Source of the DNA: Podarcis muralis
Lineage: Eukaryota
Direction of reading: 5' to 3'
Length of the DNA stretch: 64,000 bases
Assembly (NCBI RefSeq): GCF_964188315.1
Contig: NC_135662.1
Span: 7,378,001 to 7,442,000 of the forward strand
Under the pieces are notes generated by a model. The model ran no database searches, had not been told where the DNA came from, and worked only from the letters and a program-made list of their open reading frames with translations. Below are positions 12,053 through 23,405 of this stretch, in pieces (the first letter of the stretch is position 1; each line of letters starts with the position of its first letter). The translations under genes were made by a program, and so were the position numbers.

Positions 12053-12534
12053 GCAGTGATCTCACATGGGTCATGTGACTCGTGCAGGATCACGGACGGG
12101 AAGACAGGCTTCCCAATTTTGGGACTGAACCTGTTGGAGGGTATGTAATAATGGTCAACGTTTAGTGATAGCAGCCCTGGTTTCACAAGGGCCAAACAGA
12201 AACCACAACAGGAGATGAACATTTTCAACACATATCCTGGTTCATTGGATCAATGTGCTTATGGCATGCCAGTTTCTCTGACATGATATGCATGCTTCTT
12301 TTTTCTAACTCTGGTCAATGGTCATTACCTTGGAATTCTAATTCATGCAAACCTTCACATGGGAACTTTCTGATTTTGGGAGGGGCGGTACACAGGTGTA
12401 CAGCCTTCTGAAGGAGGTTGGTCAGTATGGGCATGTTATTCGTGCTCTATTCCATTGATGGAAAATTGGATAATGTGTGTTCCTCTGGGTTGGTGCCAAA
12501 CGTTATCGCTCAGCTTGGGTGAAAGCAGGAGGAC

Positions 12535-12680
12535 TGCAGCTTAGTAGTAGGGCATCTACTTTATACTCAGAAGGTCCAGGTTCAATCTGGAAAGACTCTT
12601 GCCTGCTGCCAGCCAGTGTAGACAATGCAGAGTTTGATGGACCAATGATTTGACTCATTGAGAAAGCCACTTGCTATGCT
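12535..12680 (+). mobile_element. Degenerate Squam2-like SINE
   Basis: cagaaggtccaggttcaat head, gccagccagtgtagacaat...gatggaccaatg CR1-like tail. Confidence 0.55.
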
Positions 12681-12687
12681 ACTATGG

Positions 12688-12985
12688 CTCTGATGGAGAC
12701 TTGCATGAGATGGTATCTGCTAATCCTTTTGATGTTGGGTGATGTTTGCATGTAGAATTGATATGCATTTCAGAGAACTTCCAGCATGGAAGTCTCTGCT
12801 CATGCAGAGCAGTAGGGGTGGCATGAGATGTTGACTCTGATGGAGACTTGCATGAGATGGTATCTGCAATCCTTTTGATGTTGGGTGATGTCTGCATGTA
12901 GAATTGGACTTCATTTCAGGGAATTTCCCAGCATGGAAGTCTCTGCTCCTGCAGAGCAGTAGGGGTGGCATGAGATGTTGGCTCT
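12688..12985 (+). repeat. Tandem duplication of a 147-bp unit (two copies)
   Basis: ctctgatggagacttgcatgagatgg starts at 12688 and 12835; partial third start at 12982. Confidence 0.9.
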
Positions 12986-13127
12986 AGATTAACAGTTGAT
13001 AGAACATGAGTCTCTTAATCTCAGGGTTGTGGGTCTGAGTCTCACATTGGGCAGACGATCCCTGCATTGCAGGGCATTGGACTGGATGACCCACGTGGTC
13101 CCTTCCAGCTCTGCAATTCTATGAATC
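12984..13127 (+). mobile_element. Short tRNA-Lys-derived SINE with CR1 3' tail
   Basis: gatagaacatgagtctcttaatctcagggttgtggg...ttgggc then cctgcattgcagggcattggactggatgacc...attctatga. Confidence 0.7.
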
Positions 13128-13786
13128 ACTATAACATTTATTTTGCCAGCTCTAGTCTTTAACAGAAGGGCCACTGGCTGGAAGTATTTCAGGGACAAAG
13201 TTGAGAAGAAATAATAATACATTTGGAACAAAGCATCTGCCCATCTACAGATATATATTCTGAAAAGTTGTTTTTGTTGCTATTTGTACACTGTGATCAA
13301 ACTTATCCTCCTGTTTCTCTAAATATTTCTTCCCCTGTGAAAGAAGCTTCTATTTTTTCCTCCTGCATTCTCAGGGTACTTTAGAATTTCGGTGGGGGTG
13401 GGATTGTTCTTACTTTATTCCTTATCTTTACACTTATATCATTTCCTTCAAGGAGCTCAAGGGGGTGTACATGGTTATTTTCCTCCCCATTCTAACCTCA
13501 CAACATCCCTGTGATATAGGTTAGGCGGAGAGACTATGAAAGGCCCAAAGTCAACCAATGAGCTTTATGACTTCCTGTGGAATTGAACCTTGGGTTGGTG
13601 TCCAACTAATTTGGATTTATGCTTGTGCAATGGAACTCCCTCCTCCTCTTCTCTCCCCATGTGCACCCCTCCCCAAACCTGCTCAGGATCATTGAGGGAA
13701 CCCTCACAACAGATTTGGGTGTGTAGCAGGAGGACGTGGGGGAGTTCTGTTGCTCAAGCATTTATTGATATTTCACTACCTTAACC

Positions 13787-14328
13787 TGTTACAGGATCTT
13801 AGCCAGACCCAGTTGAATATAGCAAAGCATACACAGACTTCCAGAAGCAGTCAGCTGCAGGCAGGTAGGATGAAGCAGGAACAAGATGCTGCTACCAGTA
13901 ACTTGATTACTTAGAGGTTTATTATTTACAGCAGACTCTACATGTTACTATATACAGGATACAGACACAGATCTTAACTCTCTCACTGAACAAACTCCGC
14001 ACGAGTCTTAGAACTTACGCTGACCAACCAACTAACCAGCAAGGAAGGTCATGAGTTATCATGCCTATGTGGAGACCTTGACCAATAGCAGAGTTGTATC
14101 CAAGGTCCCATATCTCTAGGCAGAATAACTCCCTCTGCTCAGTCTTCTTGGCCTTTGGCCACCCCCTAATTGCTTCTGTGGGAAGCTGCATCAGATAGCA
14201 GGTAGTCAAAAATCCCAACCCTTGCACTGATGGAACAAGTTAGTTGGAGACAGCCCTGGTCTCCTAGGTCCACCTCTCTGACCTTTGCACCATACTCTCC
14301 TTGTGAGATGAGGTGTGAGGTGGTCACA
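13787..14328 (-). mobile_element. Possible solo LTR
   Basis: TGT...ACA termini, minus-strand AATAAA near 13915, CCAAT motif; no clean TSD found. Confidence 0.4.
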
Positions 14329-14514
14329 TGAACTTATCTTTCCATTAAAATTTTCTCCAGATTCCCTGGTTTCCTGGACTTCCTAATCCCTCCAGAAGCT
14401 CCATAACAGCACAATGTCTTTCCCTGAGCTTTAATTAATACATGGGTAGCTAGGAGGGTGGCTCTAAAAGCCTGAGATAGGTGCTCCTCCTGAATTGTTT
14501 CTAATAGAAGTCTT

Positions 14515-14790
14515 TCCACGGGAAAGTTTTGGAAAAGCTTCAAAAATCACCAAAGTCTTTAAAAACCTCAAAAAAGGCTACCACACCGCATTCTATGAGT
14601 TGCTCCTCGAAGTCAAGTCGCAACTGTATTAATGGTGTTAAGAAAAAGGAAACAAACTTGCAAGACATTTCCGACTTGCGAAGCAAGCCCTTAGGGAAAA
14701 TCGTCTTGCGAAGCAGCTCAAAAAACAAAAAACCCTTTCGTCTAGCGAGTTTTTTGTCTTGCGAGGCATTCGTCTTGCGAGGTACCACTG
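14515..14790. mobile_element. Truncated Tc1/mariner-type MITE (same family as 53302)
   Basis: Near-identical to 53370-53654, ends gaggtaccactg followed by TA. Confidence 0.85.
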
Positions 14791-16459
14791 TACCTTATAA
14801 CACTGATTTCTTTAAGAGCAAGAAGGTTTAGCAACATGACAATGCACAGCCATCAGGAGCACCACAGGCAACCTGTTAACCTTACTGTACTTCCTATGAG
14901 GATGTCATGGGGTTTGTAGGAAAGTTGATCGCCCAGGAAGGCTGCAGAGTGCAGGCCATGAAAGAGAAGATTTGCAGAACGAAAGAAAAAAATTTACAAA
15001 CATTTATTGGCCACCTCGAAAGCACACATAAGGAGGGGGCGGAACCCTGCATCCTACTCAAGAGAATTTCATTGACCTTTTATCTCCACATGGATATTTT
15101 TAAAACAGAATTTATTTTCTCATAACCAATGGACAGTCATCATGAAACAGATGCAGGACAAATGTTCGGCACAATGCTAATTTCATAGACGCAACCGAGG
15201 TGATTCACACCCTGATTTAAGGAGCACATTATCTAAATTTTGACAGTGGGTGGTGGCAGTTGGGGGACAGGAAAGTGAAAGGTATCAAGGCATGGCAAAA
15301 GGAACTGCATGGTAAGGATGGGGGTTAACGCTGAAGCCACGTTCTCTGTGTCTCAGGTGGCCAGTGCTCTGAAAGAGATTTTAGCACGACTAAGCGCTCA
15401 GCTGCTGCAGGTCATGGTCCCACAGTAATGTTATTAGTGGGGCAAAAGTCCCCTGATCTGCTGTCTTCTTTGAATCACTCTGCAGGGAATCCACTAGCAG
15501 CTAAGAATGGGTGCATCTGTTAGTTTTGGTCTCTCTCCTTTCTTATAAATTCAGTCAGTTCTACACACTGTCAATTTGCAAATCCATGTGAGAATCCACC
15601 AGACATTTAATGTGAATGAATTCCTCCTAATGATTACAGTTTGTATGCAGTTTGGGTTAATCTACAAAATTTTGCAGGCACATTTATTCAATATTAAGGT
15701 GTTTTTTTTTGTATGTTATTTTCATTAAGATATGCATTTCAAAGCAAACTTTCCTCTGGGATGTGCATTTTTCTACACATTGGTTGGAGAGCTGCATTGC
15801 AAAATTCAGAGAAACATGAATTTTCAAATGATAGCTGTGTTTTGATTTGGTTTGAGAAATGCAGAATTAGACAGTTTATCATTAACATGCAAACAAAGTC
15901 CAATTTCTACCCTATCCTTACTAGCAGTGGGGAGTCTAGCAGCAAAAGCTGCCATGGGGCTATTTAGTTAATCCCTCCTTCTCATTCTGTACTCTTGGGA
16001 GCTTTACAACAGCACCTGGTGTGTGAATCCCCAAACCCATTTAATATATCACATTTTCACCTTTGGCTTTGGAACATGGGATAAATCACAAACAACTGAG
16101 GCATCGATCCTAAGCACACTTCCTAGGGTGTGATCTCCATTGAGTTCCATAGAACTAACATCTCTGTAAACATGCAATGTCAAGCTTAGTGATGGAGTAA
16201 TCCATTTTAAATGGATTTATACACAGATTTTGGTGCTTCCAACCTCATCACTGGACAGTGGCTTGCAATGAGTGCCCACTTATGACCAAGCGACTTCAAT
16301 ATTCCCATCTTTTTAAAAAAATGACAAACCACCTATCTATATGGAAAATTATTTGCATAAATATATATTATATGTATAATATAGATAAAAGAGCCAGTCT
16401 CCATGTTCTACTATATTTTTTGCAGCACAAATCTGTATATGTCTTTTTAGACAGTCTTA

Positions 16460-16586
16460 GTTACAGATAGGTAGCCGTGTTGGTCTGCCATAGTCAAAAC
16501 AAAAAAAATTCCTTCCAGTAGCACCTTAAAGACCAACTAAGTTAGTTCTTGGTATGAGCTTTCATGTGCATGCACACTTCTTCAGA
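16460..16586 (-). mobile_element. Penelope-like element terminal fragment with hammerhead motif
   Basis: gtagccgtgttggtctg...tagcaccttaaagaccaac...gagctttcatgtgcatgcacacttcttcaga; 12-bp TSD TAGACAGTCTTA. Confidence 0.75.
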
Positions 16587-16588
16587 TA
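16552..16588 (-). ncRNA. Minimal type I hammerhead ribozyme motif
   Basis: Minus strand UAU-CUGAAGA-A-GUGUG caug CACAU-GAAA-GCUC-AUAC: core, stem II, palindromic AGCU stem III and stem I all visible. Confidence 0.7.
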
Positions 16589-16879
16589 GACAGTCTTATG
16601 CATTGTTGCAAAGTAATCAGTTTATTAGGACAGCTGGAATATATACGCATTAAATATTTGTGCAACATTATAATATAATCATGCATATACTATACAAGTA
16701 TTGTTCACATTTTCCATGGAATGAGTTTTGGGAATCTTCAATCCTTGTCAAGATTACATAGTCCGGGTATACCTACCACAATGTGGTACCCTCTAGTTAC
16801 TTCTCTATATTGTCTGGCCATTTCCTTAGCTATCATGTGCTACCATTGTTTTGAGAATGTATATTTAATTAACCTCAAG

Positions 16880-17810
16880 AACTTAACTGCTTGAGCAGAC
16901 CAAAGGCCTATCTCGTTCTGCTTCCTGTTCCCGCAGTGGCCAACCAGCTGCCAATGGGAAACCTAGAAGCAGGACCGCAGTGCAATAGCACTCTTCCCAG
17001 TTGTGATTCTTAGGAACTACTATTCAAAAGCACACTACCTTTGATGGGAACTGTAGAACATCAATAGCTTTATCCTGCATGAGTTTGTCTAATCTTCTTT
17101 TGAAGTTGTACAAGTTGGTGGTCTTCACTGCCTCCTGTAGGATTGAGTTCAATAGTTTAATGATGCACTATTTGAAGAAGAACTTTCTTTCACTGGATAA
17201 AGGTAAAGGTAAAGGGACCCCTGACCATTAGGTTCAGTCATGGCCGACTCTGGGGTTGCGGTGCTCATCTCGCTTTACTGGCTGAGGGAGCCGCCGTACA
17301 GCTTCCGGGTCATGTGGCCAGCATGACTAAGCCGCTTCTGGCGAACCAGAGCAGCACACGGAAACGCTGTTTACCTTCCCGCCAGAGTGGTACCTATTTA
17401 TCTACTTGCACTTTTACATGCTTTCGTACTGCTAGGTTGGCAGGAGCAGGGACCAAGCAACGGGAGCTCACCCCATCACGGGGATTCGAACCGCTGACCT
17501 TCCGATCGGCAAGTCCTAGGCTCTGTGGTTTAACCCAAGCGCCACCCGTGTCCCTTCACACTGGATAGCTCTGAGTTATAGTGTAATGAGAAAGGGTTAA
17601 AAGCTTTCCTCTCCACTATCTTCACAAACTAAGTTTTAGGCACCTTAACCATTCCCCACTTACTCACCTTACTCAACTAAGAATGCCCCAATACTGCAAA
17701 CTTTATGCATAGAGATGTTGCTCCATCCTCTTTGGTTGTCCTTTCCTGAAAAATTACAGCTCCACAACATCCTTTTTTCAGCAGAACTGTACACAATCAC
17801 AGAACCTTAA
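16880..17810 (-). mobile_element. Old CR1 3' region interrupted by a Sauria SINE
   Basis: Antisense CR1-like motifs (cagaccaaaggcctatct, gtggccaaccagctgcc, aagttggtggtcttcac, cagaactgtacacaat). Confidence 0.6.
17200..17554 (-). mobile_element. Full-length Sauria SINE
   Basis: Sauria body, (ACCTTT)n tail, TSD CACTGGATA. Confidence 0.95.
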
Positions 17811-18418
17811 AGTTGATCTGTTCATATGCTCACTTGGGGGTTCTGTAAATGCCCCACATTATCTCCTTATTCAGACACGGATTCAGATATGAGCCTTTTC
17901 CTTTAATCAATAGGTACAGAAGGGCTTATGAAATACAGTTCATTTCTATATAGTTACGGAAAGTTCAGATGGCAGCACGAGGCCTAAAGTTAGATTGTCC
18001 AAAGTTAGACAGCGTAGTCCTTAATTCATATAAAGACATGAATAGTTTCAAAGGGACAATCAATTAGCAATGAAAGTGAAGCTAGTTTTTGAAGCTTAAA
18101 TGTGAACTTAGAAGCTTACTTGGGAATATTCATTACTGGGAACTTTGACCCTGATATGCTGAAGCTCAAAGGTTTTGGCCTACGTGGCTTACTCAAGGAC
18201 ACATGGGGATTAAGAATGAGTGGGAACCAGTTGAGCATCATTTTGAGTGGAATAACCAAAGCTAATTTAAGGCTTCCTCTTGCCTTATTATGTAACAGTT
18301 ATGTAAGGGTTGTACTTGATTTTGTAGAAAGCTATGCAGCAGCTATGAACACAGTTTGAATATTTTGTGGGCAGGTCCAATGATTTGAAGATCACACTTG
18401 TTCCACATACTCTCTATA

Positions 18419-18657
18419 CAGTGGTACCTTGGGTTACATACGCTTCAGGTTACAGACACTTCAGGTTACAGACTTCGCTAACCCAGAAATATTACCTCGG
18501 ATTAAGAAGTTTGCTTCAGGATGAGAACAGAAATTGTGCTCCGGCAGCACGGAGGCAGCAGGAGGCCCCTTTAGCTAAAGTGGTGCTTCAGGTTAAGAAC
18601 AGTTTCAGGTTAAGAATGGACCTCCAGAATGAATTAAGTACTTAACCTGAGACACTG
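18419..18657. mobile_element. Tc1/mariner (pogo/Tigger-like) MITE
   Basis: CAGTGGTACC... start, ...CACTG end, TA on both flanks; same family as 33832 and 58605. Confidence 0.88.
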
Positions 18658-20803
18658 TATGTCTAATTCGGGAAAGAAATTCAAAATAACTCTAAAACGT
18701 TGTGGACTACTCTGCAGAATTTCTGAAATCGTACCAACATTATTTCAGTTTCCTTTGAAATTCCCAGCAATGTTTCCCTAGCTGGGGCATTCCAAATCCA
18801 ACATACTAATTTGGGTGGCAGCTGTGGGAGATGAACTGTTGATCAACACCTACAGAAAGCAAGATGGGGATGAAAGGGATCAATGTGATGATGTAATGGT
18901 GATTATTTCTCATGTGCCTAAAAAGTGCAATATAGATCACAGAATGAACTACAAGATATCTTGTCCCGCAGACCTATCACATAAGTAGATAGAGAAGGAA
19001 AAGAGAAGGAATTAGAAAACAATGAAGGAAGAGATGCAGACTCAAGATATCTCCATTAATTGGGGAAGGCACATGAATATAAGAAGGTCAGACATAGATT
19101 GTCTGATGGCCTGTTTGCATCACATTATAGCCTGGTTCTCACATGGTGGTAAGCTATAGTTCAACAAACTACGAGGAGCAAGCAGGTGTGCTGACGTATA
19201 TGTGTTCTTGGCTAGTTCTGGTGGCTTGTTTCAGAGAGATACAAACCATTGACTTGCATGTAAGACAGCGTCAATGCTCCTTTCAGTATGGAGGAGAGCA
19301 TTAATGCAATTTGTGCAGTGTACACAAGCACACTTATTGACTGAACTAGGCCTTGAACAATGAGTCATTAAGAAGAGACAAAGCGCCTGCTGACTCAGGG
19401 CATACTAAGGACGTCAAACTAAGTTGGATTTAAACTTGGGATAAATTGCTCTCTGAGGACAGCTTAACTCTGGATAAGCTGTAAGATTTTATCCATGAAG
19501 CTGCTTGCCCCCATTACCTATCACGCTATCTTAACCTCAACACCTCACTATTTCACATGAAGGCAAGGAGATAAATGTTCCACGAGTGTGCATGCAAGTT
19601 ATTGACCACAAAATGGCTCATAGATGAATGTGTGAATTGCCTCCAGTGAAGAAGCTCTGTGCTTTGTCTGAGGTGTCAGATTTGGAACGGCTAATTCACA
19701 CAAGCAAGAAACCTGTGATTATTGTGCAGTAATCGAAAGAGCGTGCATGTGCGAACAGGCTCAATGCACTATATACAATGTTTACTGTGGCAACTCACTG
19801 GGTGGCACTGAGGATATAGCTTACAACAGTCTTGCAGAAGTAAATGCTTGGGCACACATTATACTTGTGGGAATAGCGTCTGATACAAATCAGCTGCCAA
19901 ACCTATCATCTGTGCCACGTTTGCAGTACTGTGCATACATTGAGAGATAGAGAGTATTTCACATATACGCGCAGAGGCTTTTTTCTTAACAGTCTGCAAA
20001 TACAAAGTGATCCCTGTACAAGAATTCTCCTGTAAGTACTGGGTACATTGGACTTGCCACCATTTCCAATGTGCATGGGAGAATTACGGCCAAACAGAGG
20101 AACCTACAAAGTAGTTGAATCAAAAGTGTCAGAGTAGCTGAGTATTCAGAGAGACTCTAAACTAACATGTGCAGGAAGAGCAAAATGCTGTGCTTATAGC
20201 TCAGGAGAGGTTAAGTGAATTAGCACAAGGCTTCAGGAGGATTTAACTGGCAGGTAACTAGGGTGAGAAGCCACTTTGCTCACTCATGCTGAAGGCAGTG
20301 TCAAGCCGAAAACCAATTGAGGGGCCTTTACACTCATGTGGTTGGGAAGGAAAGAGAAGCAGACAGGTATTTAATCCTTTCCTGATTGTATGTTTAAGAA
20401 AACCTTGATAAAACATGTGGTGGTGGTTAGGAGGAGACACATGTAGACTGTCTGCACATCTCCTTCCTCTCTCTCCTCGTTGATAGCTCTAGATCACTTT
20501 GAATGGACCTGATCTGATATGGGGCAAAATTGGGCTGCATCCAATGCACTCTGGTGGAATCTTGGCTCAACTCAAATCAATCCATTTTGGTTCAGGGTCT
20601 GGGATTTGGCTGGTTCTGGTGCACAGCCCTAGTATAGAGCCAATATGACTAATAACCATTGGGAGATCAGTTTCTCTAATCCCCTTCTAAATCCATCCCA
20701 TCTAAGCCATTGGTTCTTAATTCCCCCCCTCTGGGCCACACTTTCAGAATAAAAATTTGCTCATGCACTGAATGTTTTATTGATAAGAGATACATTGGAA
20801 AGC

Positions 20804-21136
20804 TAGCCAGATTGATTCGTATACTGTCGGTGGGTTCTTCTTCTTGTCTTGCTGGGCTGTGTATGTAATAAAGGCGAGCCATACCAGGGTGAAGGTGTCC
20901 TCTTCTTTTTGTCCCCATGTCATTTTTAGTCTGTTGGTTAGCTTTTCTAATAAGGCTGTTTTCCATACGATTTGGTATCAGTGGTCCATGTTCAGTCCTG
21001 ACATGTCTCTCCAGTGTCTGGCTATGATGCTTCTGACTGCTGAGAGTAGGTGGGTTATAAGCTTTTTATAATGTGAGTGGGCATTATTATCTTGAGAAAT
21101 GTTCAGAAAATCCTTAATAAAAATTATAAACAAAAA
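20804..21136. mobile_element. L1/Tx1-like insertion with inverted ORF2 C-terminus and a short plus-strand tail
   Basis: Minus strand HYKKLITHLLSAVRSIIARHW...EKLTNRLK...FTLVWLAFITYTAQQ; plus-strand aataaaaattataaacaaaaa tail; 14-bp TSD ATACATTGGAAAGC. Confidence 0.75.
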
Positions 21137-21611
21137 ATACATTGGAAAGCAAAAAGATCACAACTACTGTCACTTGATGCTCTTGCTCTCATTTTGAACA
21201 TTTATCTATCCATATTCTGCAAAAAAAAATGATACTATACTATGCTACACTAAAATATTTAAATGTTTCTTTGATTGTCCTTGAATCTTCTCACCACACT
21301 TGCCAGCCTTTCCTGCCACACCAGTGTGGTGTGTCACATACACTGAGAACCACTGATCTCAGCACAGGGTCACCACCAAATCTTGTGGTAGTGAATTCAA
21401 GGATTCCTAGGCAAGTCTGTGATTTGTGAATTTCTCTTCATTCCAAACTGAGCCAGAAGCTGATATTTCTGTTGTTTGTTCTGTAAATAAATGAACAGAG
21501 CTCTCTAAGATGAAAGTGGCTAGTTTTCTGGAGGGGAAAGTCCATTTGTATAAAAAAACCTTTTGAATTCATGCACCACACTAAACATCTACATATTCAT
21601 TGTTCTTTCAG

Positions 21612-22628
21612 GGTGCTCCGGCAGCTGATGAAAAGATGTTGAACTGCACAGTTAGTGAAGTTACTGTGATGAACCTGAAACCTGATAAGAAAACAACCGT
21701 AATATTGCCTGGAAAGAAGAAAGAGAAGGTTCTCAGGTCTGCCAGCTTCCACCATTCTGCTCCCAACCTTGCAGACACTACAGTAATCAAAGAAGAGACA
21801 AAAACCCTGTCTAGAAAAGTCACCAAAGATAGTGTTACTTTCCCCAAACCATTTTATTCAGCAGATGCTCAAAGCATGGATAATCTTGCCATGAAAAGAC
21901 CAGTGAGGTTGGCTCCGCTAGAGATCTCCTTGGAAGTTAAAGAAGCTCAGCTCAAGAAAATCATGAGCCTTCAGAGAGATTCCCAGTTGGCTGCTTCCAA
22001 ACTGGCTAGCATTGGCTCCATTGGCAGTGAGCCCCATGTCAAAAGGGTGAAGAATTTGGCCCAGGTTGAGGTGGAAAGCCTTCACATGGTCAAGCCGAAT
22101 GAGAAGCCCACTTTAGAGAATCAAGAGGGCAGCCATTCATCAAGTTTTGACAACCCTTTGTGTAAGGTTCAGATCATCTTGCCAGCTGAGGGAAATGCCA
22201 AGCCTTCTAAAAAGCCTGTTGCTGAATGCTCCCCTGTGCAATGCCGTAAGCCTTTAATTCCCAAGAACGTGTGTGGCATTCTCCAAACGCCTGATTTTCA
22301 AGAGGATGCCAAGATTCCAGACAACCCTTCTCAGGTGAATGGTAGGCCCCGTTTCAAATTAAAGCAGATGAAAGAGCAACAGGAGCGTTTAGGCAAGGCC
22401 AAACCTTTGAAGGCCACAGGGACTGGCCTGGAGGAAGGGAAGGTCCAAACAGCTGGCCAACGAGCTCAGAAGACTCTTAGCCATGCAAACAAGTTACTGG
22501 ACAATGTAGCCAAAAAGCACAGGGGGAGAGGGGAAGAGCCGGATGAGATTGATGAGGACCTCCTTGCAATGCGACCAGCCTCACGAAGGATGGCGCTGGG
22601 AGATATTATCCTGGTGGATGAAGAGTAA
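21612..22628 (+). CDS. Long terminal coding exon of an unidentified, probably largely disordered, K/E/P/S-rich protein (338 aa encoded here)
   Basis: 1017-nt open frame following ttgttctttcag acceptor (phase 0), TAA stop, AATAAA at 22801-22806 followed by GT-rich sequence; no TE motifs. Confidence 0.75.
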   Translation, partial: GAPAADEKMLNCTVSEVTVMNLKPDKKTTVILPGKKKEKVLRSASFHHSAPNLADTTVIKEETKTLSRKVTKDSVTFPKPFYSADAQSMDNLAMKRPVRLAPLEISLEVKEAQLKKIMSLQRDSQLAASKLASIGSIGSEPHVKRVKNLAQVEVESLHMVKPNEKPTLENQEGSHSSSFDNPLCKVQIILPAEGNAKPSKKPVAECSPVQCRKPLIPKNVCGILQTPDFQEDAKIPDNPSQVNGRPRFKLKQMKEQQERLGKAKPLKATGTGLEEGKVQTAGQRAQKTLSHANKLLDNVAKKHRGRGEEPDEIDEDLLAMRPASRRMALGDIILVDEE

Positions 22629-22800
22629 AGCTGGATCTTAGTTCCACTTTAGCTCAATCCCAATCCTTTCAGCTCTAATCCCTGAAAATGAACAGTGTTA
22701 AAATTACAACTTCCTGAAGATCATCAACATTACACTTCTCCATTGCCATTCTACTAAATGGTAAACAGCTTTACAGTTTTATAGGAGAACTATGTTGTGC

Positions 22801-22806
22801 AATAAA
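22801..22806 (+). terminator. Polyadenylation signal of the 21612 exon
   Basis: AATAAA ~170 nt after the stop, with downstream tgtgtcttggtgtc. Confidence 0.55.
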
Positions 22807-23239
22807 TGTCAGTTGTCCACTGTTCTATGGACTCTTTTATGTGTCTTGGTGTCCTTCAAAACTTTCTTCTTATTTAAATAGTTGTGTGATGCAGCCATGC
22901 TAGAAGTTGACCTGGAGGAATACTATTTGAGTTGAGTGACCACTCAGCTCACCTATAGGAGTATCACAAGACTCAAACTATAACAACAGGATACCTACAG
23001 AGGAATCATGTGGGTAGGATTTGGGTGTGGTCAGGGGGGATGACTAGATAAGGGATCTAAACAGGAAATTTACCTCTGTGGTAGGAATATTAATGGGAGA
23101 ACTGAACACCTAAAGTGAAATGATGAAGTGACACTTTTGGGCAAGGGGACCTCCTGGATTTTTTTGTTGTGAATCTGAAATGTAAAAAGAAGAAGAAAGG
23201 TTAAAAGGGGGAAATCAGACTGTATTTGAAGACAAGGCT

Positions 23240-23405
23240 GTAGAGCAAATTCTTTGCATGCTGAAGGTCCTAGGTTCAAACCCTGGCATCTCCAGATAGG
23301 GCTGAGAGGGAAATGAAACCCTGTAGAACCACTGCAAGTCAGTGTAGTCAATCTTGAGTTAGATGAGCAAATGGTCTGAGTTGGTATAAGCCAGTTTCTA
23401 ATGTA
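23240..23405 (+). mobile_element. Squam2-like SINE
   Basis: gtagagcaaattctttgcatgctgaaggtcctaggttcaaaccctggcatctcc head, CR1-like tail. Confidence 0.65.

Noticed and set aside
12688-12985. CRISPR-like or nucleosome-related interpretation of the 147-bp repeat
   Set aside because: Eukaryotic context, no spacers and only two units; the match to nucleosome length is coincidental on present evidence.
19640-19980. Protein-like translations on both strands (e.g. FCKTVVSYIL...)
   Set aside because: Interrupted by stops, with no recognisable family motif or splice signals.
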